From an uncultured bacterium (GTDB lineage: Bacteria > Patescibacteriota > Gracilibacteria > UBA1369 > PNNO01): a DNA stretch of 32,000 nucleotides. Under the pieces are notes generated by a model. It made no database searches and was not told where the DNA came from. It saw only the letters and a list, made by a program, of their open reading frames with translations. Of the stretch, positions 25,381 to 32,000 are shown one piece after another (within the stretch, counting starts at the first letter, position 1; each line of letters begins with the position of its first letter). Location of the stretch: assembly GCA_963704705.1 (NCBI GenBank), contig OY969931.1, forward strand, positions 630,001-662,000, read 5' to 3'. A program made the position numbers and the translations under genes.

Positions 25381-26460
25381 ATGAATAACTCAAAGTCCCG
25401 AAATATCGCAATAAACAACCTGAATCTTACAGAGATTCTTGAGGACATGTTTCTGGTTCTAAGCCAGAAAGAAAAAGACGTTATCGTTAAACGTTTTAGT
25501 CTAAACAATCAGCCGAAAATGACTCTGGAAAGAATCGGCAAACAATTCTCAGTAACAAGAGAAAGAATTAGACAAATTGAAAAGATTGCTTTAGGAAAAC
25601 TTAAAAGAACAGTACAAAGCACAAAACTTAATGAAATAAGCATTCTTGCTGTTGAATTAATAAACAATAAAGGCGGAGTAAGTACTGAAACATCTTTAAT
25701 AAGTGAAATTTTAAATGTACTTGGAAGCTCGCAGGATATGGATGCGAATATTATCAGACTTTCTTTAAATATTACTCCTGATTTGGAAAAAACAGAGAAA
25801 AGTAACCTTTATTATCCATTCTGGAGAATAGCTGAATTACCTGAATCTTCAGTGAAAGCAATAGTTGAATCAGGCGTTTCAATAATGAATAAAACAAGTG
25901 AAGTTGTTCCTTTTGATACATTGGCTACCGATATACAAAAAGCTCTAAAGACAAAGGGATTGAATGCTGAAAAAACAACAATTCTTTCTTCTTTGGAAGT
26001 AGACCAGAGAATTAAAAAGCTTTCTGAAGGATTCGGTTTAATGAGCTGGAGACATATAAATCCAAGAAGTATCAGAGATAAAGCTTACATTGTATTAAAG
26101 CAAAAAAATCAGCCATTACACTTTATTGAAATAGCAAACAAGATTTCAGAATCAGGTTTTGATAGAAAAGTGGTTACTACTCAGGCTGTTCACAACGAAC
26201 TTATCAGATACGATCAATTCGTACTTGTAGGCCGAGGCCTTTATGCACTTAAAGAATGGGGATTCAAAAAAGGAACTGTTGCAGATGTTATCGAAGGATT
26301 ATTGGAGAAGAAGAGTCCTTTAAGCAAACAGGACATCATTAAAGGAGTAATGAAACAAAGACAGGTTAAAAAAGGAACAATCTCCCTTAATTTACAGAAA
26401 AATCCACATTTTGTAAGAGTTGGACGTGCAATGTACGCACTTGATAAAAGCAAAAAATAA
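25381..26460 (+). CDS. DNA-binding protein with a sigma-70 region-4-like HTH fused to HARE-HTH/winged-helix domains
   Basis: 359 aa. The N-terminus (EKDVIVKRFSL...MTLERIGKQFSVTRERIRQIEKIALGKLKR) matches sigma-70 region 4, and no region 2 is present. The C-terminus (LHFIEIANKISE...FVLVGRGLYALKEWG) resembles the HARE-HTH domain of RpoE/delta-like proteins and is followed by a second similar unit. Confidence 0.65.
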   Translation: MNNSKSRNIAINNLNLTEILEDMFLVLSQKEKDVIVKRFSLNNQPKMTLERIGKQFSVTRERIRQIEKIALGKLKRTVQSTKLNEISILAVELINNKGGVSTETSLISEILNVLGSSQDMDANIIRLSLNITPDLEKTEKSNLYYPFWRIAELPESSVKAIVESGVSIMNKTSEVVPFDTLATDIQKALKTKGLNAEKTTILSSLEVDQRIKKLSEGFGLMSWRHINPRSIRDKAYIVLKQKNQPLHFIEIANKISESGFDRKVVTTQAVHNELIRYDQFVLVGRGLYALKEWGFKKGTVADVIEGLLEKKSPLSKQDIIKGVMKQRQVKKGTISLNLQKNPHFVRVGRAMYALDKSKK

Positions 26461-26475
26461 TTCTATGATAAAGTC

Positions 26476-26790
26476 ATGGATGATTGTATTTTTTGTAAAA
26501 TCATAAATAAGGAAATTAACTCTGAAATAGTCCACGAAGATGATATCTGCGTGGCTTTTAAGGATATTCATCCTAAATCACGTGTGCATTTGCTTATTGT
26601 ACCCCGAAAACATATTCCAAAAATTTCAGATTTGGAGGAAGGCGATGAAAAAATAATCGGTCATCTTATAAAAGTTGCAAAAGATCTTGCTGAAAAGAAT
26701 CATTGCGAGTCATATAAACTTTTATTTAATGTTGGAGAAGCAGCAGGACAGGTTGTTTTCCATGTTCACCTTCATATGATGGGGAATTAA
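26476..26790 (+). CDS. HIT family (histidine triad) nucleotide hydrolase
   Basis: 104 aa with an N-terminal CIFCKI and the histidine triad HVHLHMMG. Confidence 0.85.
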   Translation: MDDCIFCKIINKEINSEIVHEDDICVAFKDIHPKSRVHLLIVPRKHIPKISDLEEGDEKIIGHLIKVAKDLAEKNHCESYKLLFNVGEAAGQVVFHVHLHMMGN

Positions 26791-27752
26791 ATTTTGATTT
26801 CCAAAGATAGGTCGATTGGTTTTATATTTTGCGTAAGCGCTCCCATTGAAATAATATCAACGCCTGTTCTTGCATATTGTGCGAGATTCTTTTTATTTAT
26901 TCCGCCCGAAGCTTCAAACAAGATATCATCATATAGATTTTCGCGTTTTAGCAGTGCTAGTAATTCTTCTATATCTTTTGGTTTCATATTGTCGAACATA
27001 ATAACCGGTGGTTTGGGAATATCCATTTGCAAAAGTGTGCGTGCGGTTTCAAGAACTTCACCTTTTTCATCAATTTCGATTTCAAAAAATTCATATGGAA
27101 CATTTGGTTTATTAAAATTTGCCAGTAATTCTTTTATGCTTCCTTTTAGAGCTATATGATTATCCTTTATAAGAATTGCATTCTCCAGATTCAGCCTGTG
27201 TGTTCCTCCTCCGGCAATTGTTACAGCCTTTTTATCCAATAGTCCCCATGTTGTTTTGCGTGTTGGCACAATTAATACATTCGGGTTTGCTTGTTTTGCT
27301 ATATCAATTAGTTCTTTTGAATAAGTTGCAATTCCGCACATATGCTGAAGAAAATTCAATATTATTCGTTCGGTTTTAAGTATATTTTTTATATCTCCAT
27401 AGATTTCCAATAAAACATCATCTTTTTCAAAGCGTTTTCCATCCTGAAAACTCTGGATAACCTTTATTGCATCCATTCTTGGCCTGAAAACAGGGTCGCT
27501 AGTCATAAGATAATAAACTATTTCAGCGCTACCAGCCATAATACCGGGTTCATTTGCGTAAATTCTGGCTGTGGCTTGCTGATTATCCTGAAAAAAACTG
27601 TCAGAAGTGATATCACCATTTTCTCCCAAATCTTTTTCAAGTTCCAAAAAGGTATATCTAAATACCCATTGTTTATATACAAGATTATCCAAAACAAGTT
27701 TGTCTTTTTGATTGAAAAGTTGTTTGGCTATTTGAGCGCGATCTTTTTTCAT
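26787..27752 (-). CDS. nadC: Nicotinate-nucleotide (quinolinate) pyrophosphorylase
   Basis: 321 aa with ERIILNFLQHMCGIAT and TRKTTWGLLDKKAVTIAGGGTHRLNLENAILIKDNHI, which are characteristic of NadC. It has an N-terminal extension of about 40 aa. Confidence 0.8.
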   Translation of the reverse strand: MKKDRAQIAKQLFNQKDKLVLDNLVYKQWVFRYTFLELEKDLGENGDITSDSFFQDNQQATARIYANEPGIMAGSAEIVYYLMTSDPVFRPRMDAIKVIQSFQDGKRFEKDDVLLEIYGDIKNILKTERIILNFLQHMCGIATYSKELIDIAKQANPNVLIVPTRKTTWGLLDKKAVTIAGGGTHRLNLENAILIKDNHIALKGSIKELLANFNKPNVPYEFFEIEIDEKGEVLETARTLLQMDIPKPPVIMFDNMKPKDIEELLALLKRENLYDDILFEASGGINKKNLAQYARTGVDIISMGALTQNIKPIDLSLEIKI

Positions 27753-27789
27753 GGTAATATTTGATACCTCTTACTAGCAATTTTATATC

Positions 27790-28863
27790 ATGCTTCCTGA
27801 AAAGTATAAAGCCCTTTCTGATGAGCAAACAATACCTTTAATCGAAAAAGCCAAGAAACAACTTGGTAATAAAGTATTAATTTTGGGGCATCATTATCAG
27901 CGAGATGAAGTCATTCAGTTTGCGGATGAAGTGGGGGATTCTCTTAATTTGTCGCAGAAGGCAGCTAAATCAAACAGCCCGTATATTGTTTTTTGCGGAG
28001 TGAGATTCATGGCAGAAACAGCTGATATAGTAACTGATGATAGCAAAACAGTAATTTTGCCTGATTTATCTGCAGGATGCCCAATGGCTGATATGGCACC
28101 TGTTGATCAGATTGAAAAAGCATGGAAAGAATTATCAAAAATTATCGATGTTAGAAATGTTATTCCAATAACTTATATAAACAGTTCCGCTGAAACTAAA
28201 GCATTTTGCGGCGATCATAATGGTCTTGTCTGCACTTCGGCAAATGCTGAAAAAATTATAAAATGGGCATTCGATCAAAATAAACAGATTTTCTTCTTTC
28301 CTGATAGATATTTAAGTACGAATATTGCTCACAAAATTGGCCTTACAGAAAACGAAATTGCTCTTTGGGACAGGTACAAAGAAAACGGAAATTTAACTAA
28401 TGACAAAATTCAGAACGCCCGAATTCTTGTCTGGAACGGGTATTGTCCTGTTCATGCCAGATTTAAAGGGGAAGATATTGATGTTTTACGAGAACAAAAT
28501 CCAAATATAAAAATTATTGTTCACCCTGAAGTGCCTGAGCAGGTAGCGTTAAAGGCAGATTACATGGGTTCAACTAATTTTATAGTTAAAACCATTCAAG
28601 AATCAGAACCCGGAAGTGAATGGGGGATAGGAACTGAAATTCATTTGGTTTCACGGCTTGCAAAACAAAATCCTGATAAAAAAATTCATTTAATTGGTAC
28701 GCCAATTTGTATGTGTTCTATGATGGACAGGATTTCTCCTCAATATTTAATTTGGGTTTTGGAAAGCCTTGTTGATGGCACTGTAGTAAATAAAGTAACA
28801 GTTCCGGAAAATATTAAAAAAAGCGCATTGGTTGCGCTTAACAGAATGTTTGAGCTGTCTTAA
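27790..28863 (+). CDS. nadA: Quinolinate synthase
   Basis: 357 aa with GHHYQRDEVIQFAD..GDSL, FCGVRFMAETA, the motifs CPMA / CPVHA / CMCSMM supplying Fe-S cysteines, and the HPE motif. Confidence 0.9.
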   Translation: MLPEKYKALSDEQTIPLIEKAKKQLGNKVLILGHHYQRDEVIQFADEVGDSLNLSQKAAKSNSPYIVFCGVRFMAETADIVTDDSKTVILPDLSAGCPMADMAPVDQIEKAWKELSKIIDVRNVIPITYINSSAETKAFCGDHNGLVCTSANAEKIIKWAFDQNKQIFFFPDRYLSTNIAHKIGLTENEIALWDRYKENGNLTNDKIQNARILVWNGYCPVHARFKGEDIDVLREQNPNIKIIVHPEVPEQVALKADYMGSTNFIVKTIQESEPGSEWGIGTEIHLVSRLAKQNPDKKIHLIGTPICMCSMMDRISPQYLIWVLESLVDGTVVNKVTVPENIKKSALVALNRMFELS

Positions 28864-28866
28864 TTA

Positions 28867-29358
28867 TTAGTTATTTTTATCTTTTACGTAAGCTATCCAA
28901 AAGTCTTTTATTATATCAGCGGTAGCATTTGCCAATTTAGATAAAATTCTCTGAAGTTCACGGAGTCTTGCAACTAAAGAATTTAAACTATTTGCGTCTC
29001 TTTGTTTTATAATTTGTTTTATTTTTTTATTAAGGGACTTCATTTCTTTTTTAAGTTCTTTTTCAACCTGATTGCTCATTTTATCAACAGAAGGATATTT
29101 TAATTTTCTTACACCCTGAACATATTTTCCGGCTCCTGTACCGGTACCGCCCGCATATCCTTCTTTTGTTGTTTTTTCAGATTCTGAAATTTCACCTGTG
29201 CCTGTTTCAGCGCCTTCTATAACTTCACCTGCTTCAATTCCAACCGAAATTGTGGCTTCTTTTATTTCTTTGCCTTCGGGTTTGTGTTCCGGAGCTACTT
29301 TTGGCGCTTCGGGTTTAACTTCTGGTCCGGTTTGTTTATTATAATTATTATCAGCCAT
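28867..29358 (-). CDS. Hypothetical protein with a low-complexity N-terminus and a coiled-coil C-terminus
   Basis: 163 aa. The N-terminal half is rich in P, E, K and G, and the C-terminal half is a K/L-rich helical segment. No family recognised. Confidence 0.5.
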   Translation of the reverse strand: MADNNYNKQTGPEVKPEAPKVAPEHKPEGKEIKEATISVGIEAGEVIEGAETGTGEISESEKTTKEGYAGGTGTGAGKYVQGVRKLKYPSVDKMSNQVEKELKKEMKSLNKKIKQIIKQRDANSLNSLVARLRELQRILSKLANATADIIKDFWIAYVKDKNN

Positions 29359-29437
29359 TTTAATTATTAATCCTTCTTAACATTATACGTGATTTTACGG
29401 TTTAAATAAACTGTAATTTGTGATATATCTTATAAAG

Positions 29438-29516
29438 AGTTCGATCGCAAGGCGATCTCACGCTCATGCTCGCGATATGATTTCGCTCGCAAGAGACTCG
29501 TGTTCACTCGTCTCTG
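29438..29516. other. GC-rich multi-hairpin element in the divergent region upstream of valS (orientation unresolved)
   Basis: Contains GATCGC-AAG-GCGATC (29443-29457), a direct repeat GCTCGC x2, CTC-GCAA-GAG, and AGAGAC..12 nt..GTCTCT. Its reverse complement aligns loosely with the hairpin at 3395-3416 and shares GCGAGCGAA with 3439-3448. Confidence 0.3.
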
Positions 29517-29528
29517 ATTATAACCTAT

Positions 29529-32000
29529 ATGAATGTGAAAGAAATAGAAAAGGCCTATATTCCAAAATCCTACGAAGATAAAATCTACAAGAAATGGGAA
29601 ACTAGCGGAGTTTTTACACCAAAAGTTGATCCTAAAAAAAAGCCATTTACAATTTCAATGCCTCCTCCTAATGCAACCGGGACTTTGCATTTGGGGCATG
29701 CAACAATGCTGGCTATTGAAGATATTATGATTAGATATAAAAGAATGCAGGGTTTTTCTGCATTATGGCTTCCGGGAACGGATCACGCGTCCATAGCAAC
29801 TCAAAATCGTGTTGAAAAAAATCTAGCTGAAAATGGCCAAAACAGACATGAACTCGGTCGTGCAAAATTTTTAAAAGAAGTTGATAAATTTGTTGAGCAA
29901 TCAAGAGACACAATCAAAAATCAAATCAGAAAAATGGGTTCAAGCTGTGATTGGACTAGAGAAAGATTTACCTTAGACAAAGGCCTTTCTCTTGCTGTTA
30001 GAACTATGTTTAAAAAAATGTTTGATGACGGTTTGATTTATAGAGGTGATAGAATTGTGAATTGGTGCCCAAGATGTGAATCAACACTCGCTGATGATGA
30101 AGTTGATTATAAAGAAGCAAAAGAAAAGCTTTACTGGATTAAATATGGTCCTTTTAAAGTAGCAACAACAAGGCCTGAAACAATGCTTGGCGATACTGCG
30201 ATAGCAGTTAATCCAAAAGATAAGAGATATAAAAAAGATATTGGAAAAAAATTTAAAATCCCTTATCCATTGGGCGAATTTGAAGTAACAATGGTTGCAG
30301 ATAATGAAGTTGATATGGATTTTGGAACCGGTGCAGTAAAAGTTACTCCGGCTCACAGTTTTGCGGATTTTGAAATAGCAGGAAGAAATGGAATTGAATC
30401 AAAATCTGTTATAAATGAGCAAGGCAAAATGATGAAAAATTGCGGTAAATATGCTGGAATGTCCGCTAAAGACTGCAGAAAAGAATATGTAAAAGATTTG
30501 GAAAAAATGGGTCTTTTGGAAAAAGAAGAAGATTTCGACCATAATCTATCAATTTGTTATCGTTGTAAAACTCCGATTGAACCGTTAATTAGTAAACAAT
30601 GGTTTGTTGCCGTTGATAAGCCGGTAATTAAACATGAAGGTAAAAAGAAATCAATTAAAGAAAGATCAATTGAAGTTGTTCGCAATGGAGAAATCGAAAT
30701 AATCCCTGAAAGATTCGATAAAACTTATTATAACTGGATGGAAAACCTGCACGACTGGTGCATTTCTCGTCAGATTTGGTATGGGCATCAAGTTCCGGTT
30801 TGGTATTGCCAGGATTGTGATGAAGAGATCGTTGAAGTTGATACCCCTAAAAAATGTACTAAATGTAAAGGTTCTAACCTAAAGCAAGATCCCGATACTT
30901 TAGATACATGGTTTTCTTCAGGTTTATGGACTTTTTCAACACTTGGATGGCCTGATCAAACTGAAGATTTAAAATATTTCCACCCGACGAGTGTTTTGGA
31001 AACAGGTTATGATATTTTGTTTTTCTGGATTGCCAGAATGATAATAATGACAACTTACGGATTAGGAGAAGTTCCATTTAAACAGGTTTATCTGCATGGA
31101 TTAATTCGAACTCGTGATGGTCAGAAAATGTCTAAGTCAAAGCCTGAAACATGTATTAATCCGTTGGACATGATTGATCAGTACGGAACGGATGCTCTTC
31201 GTTTAAGCATGGTGATCGGTTCTACTCCTGGTAATGATTTGAGGCTTTATGAAGAGAAAATTGCAGGTTACAGAAATTTTGTTAATAAAATCTGGAATGC
31301 AGTTAGATTTTCATTGTTAAATGTTGATGAAAAAGCATTAAAAGAAGAATTTATTCCTAAAAAACACATCCAGTCGCCCGCTGATAAATGGATTCTTACA
31401 AAACTTCAGTATCTGATTAAAGATATCACTGATGATATGGATAAATATCACTTTAGTGAAGCCGGAAACAAAATTTATAATTTCACCTGGAGCGAACTTT
31501 GCGACTGGTATGTTGAATTTAGCAAAGGTGAACATTTGAATCCTAATGTTTTAGCTTTTGTAATTAAAAATTTATTAAAATTACTTCATCCTTTTATTCC
31601 TTTTGTTACAGAGGTTTTGTGGGAAAATCTGCATGGCGATAAAATGCTTATTTCAGAAGATTGGCCTGTTTTTGATAAAAGTATGATTTTTGCTAAAGAA
31701 GTTGAAAACATGGAACTTTTGCATCAGGTTATTTCAGACATAAGAAGTGCCAGAGCAGAGCATTCTGTTGATCCTGCAAAAGAAATTCATGCAGTTATTT
31801 ATGCAGGTAAATACACTGAGTTTTTAGAGCTTAAACGCGCACCTTTAATGAGAATGGCCAGAATAGGGGAGTTGGAAATATTTGAAAAAGGAGAAAAACT
31901 GGACCATGCGATTGCTCTATTAACAGGTAATCTTGAAATTTATCTGCCATTACATGAAATGATTGATATTGATAAAGAAAATAATCGATTAAACAAAGAA
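29529..32000 (+). CDS. valS: Valine--tRNA ligase; N-terminal 824 codons, 3' end beyond the window
   Basis: Hand translation from the ATG at 29529 gives MNVKEIEKAYIPKSYEDKIYKKWE. It has the HIGH-type motif PPPNATGTLHLGHA and the KMSKS motif (QKMSKSKPE), and stays open to base 32000. It is not in the ORF track because it is truncated. Confidence 0.95.
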   Translation, partial: MNVKEIEKAYIPKSYEDKIYKKWETSGVFTPKVDPKKKPFTISMPPPNATGTLHLGHATMLAIEDIMIRYKRMQGFSALWLPGTDHASIATQNRVEKNLAENGQNRHELGRAKFLKEVDKFVEQSRDTIKNQIRKMGSSCDWTRERFTLDKGLSLAVRTMFKKMFDDGLIYRGDRIVNWCPRCESTLADDEVDYKEAKEKLYWIKYGPFKVATTRPETMLGDTAIAVNPKDKRYKKDIGKKFKIPYPLGEFEVTMVADNEVDMDFGTGAVKVTPAHSFADFEIAGRNGIESKSVINEQGKMMKNCGKYAGMSAKDCRKEYVKDLEKMGLLEKEEDFDHNLSICYRCKTPIEPLISKQWFVAVDKPVIKHEGKKKSIKERSIEVVRNGEIEIIPERFDKTYYNWMENLHDWCISRQIWYGHQVPVWYCQDCDEEIVEVDTPKKCTKCKGSNLKQDPDTLDTWFSSGLWTFSTLGWPDQTEDLKYFHPTSVLETGYDILFFWIARMIIMTTYGLGEVPFKQVYLHGLIRTRDGQKMSKSKPETCINPLDMIDQYGTDALRLSMVIGSTPGNDLRLYEEKIAGYRNFVNKIWNAVRFSLLNVDEKALKEEFIPKKHIQSPADKWILTKLQYLIKDITDDMDKYHFSEAGNKIYNFTWSELCDWYVEFSKGEHLNPNVLAFVIKNLLKLLHPFIPFVTEVLWENLHGDKMLISEDWPVFDKSMIFAKEVENMELLHQVISDIRSARAEHSVDPAKEIHAVIYAGKYTEFLELKRAPLMRMARIGELEIFEKGEKLDHAIALLTGNLEIYLPLHEMIDIDKENNRLNKE

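Noticed and set aside
29438-29528. A T-box or other riboswitch leader upstream of valS.
   Set aside because: The structured region is only about 80 nt, too short for a T-box. I could not find the conserved T-box sequence or a specifier-loop arrangement. It is retained only as an unclassified GC-rich element.
1015-31535. Many short ORFs (60-125 aa) in the track nested inside or antisense to the large genes. Examples are 1015-1335, 3918-4121, 4973-5191, 5356-5619, 5547-5795, 8759-8983, 9571-9834, 10243-10512, 11583-11837, 15415-15603, 17289-17774, the 19240-22020 set, 22686-23052, 24569-24766, 25287-25508, 26241-26453, 26794-27764 and 29731-31535.
   Set aside because: Each overlaps a confidently identified gene in another frame or strand. 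Their translations are biased and low-complexity (Phe/Ile/Lys/Asn-rich), as expected from AT-rich DNA. None has supporting signals.
1-32000. Alternative genetic code (UGA recoded as Gly or Trp, as in some candidate phyla).
   Set aside because: TGA terminates ruvB at 870-872 exactly where the family ends. All long housekeeping ORFs (dnaE, aspS, valS, the ATPase) are intact under the standard code without read-through.

Overview
The window is a gene-dense, low-GC (about 25-35% by hand counts) bacterial chromosome segment. It uses the standard genetic code: TGA terminates ruvB at 870-872. Its gene content and style suggest a reduced-genome, uncultivated lineage (Patescibacteria/CPR-like), but that is inference only. 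Housekeeping genes I recognise are ruvB, lepB, tsaE, aspS, dnaE, nadC, nadA, valS (3' end off the window), an NrnA-like DHH phosphoesterase and a HIT protein, plus tRNA-Arg(UCU) and tRNA-Leu(UAG). There is also a cell-envelope set: an M23 peptidase with three SLH domains, a 3D-domain protein with four peptidoglycan-binding repeats, a VirD4/TraD-like membrane ATPase, and a 705-aa surface protein with cysteine-rich repeats. The strongest anomaly is a roughly 1.1 kb island at about 7330-8460 with about 60% GC. It carries one 319-aa membrane-anchored ORF of unrecognisable function. That ORF has its own AGGAGG ribosome-binding site and a 15-bp GC hairpin after its stop, whereas none of the roughly 19 native starts I inspected has a canonical Shine-Dalgarno. 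The island is followed by an unusually long 447-bp non-coding spacer. This is either a recent transfer from a high-GC donor or an assembly chimera, and the sequence alone cannot decide. A second recurring signal is a family of short GC-rich multi-hairpin modules. Two of them abut the CCA ends of the two tRNAs, and a looser third lies upstream of valS. I saw no CRISPR array, integrase, transposase or known defence genes.
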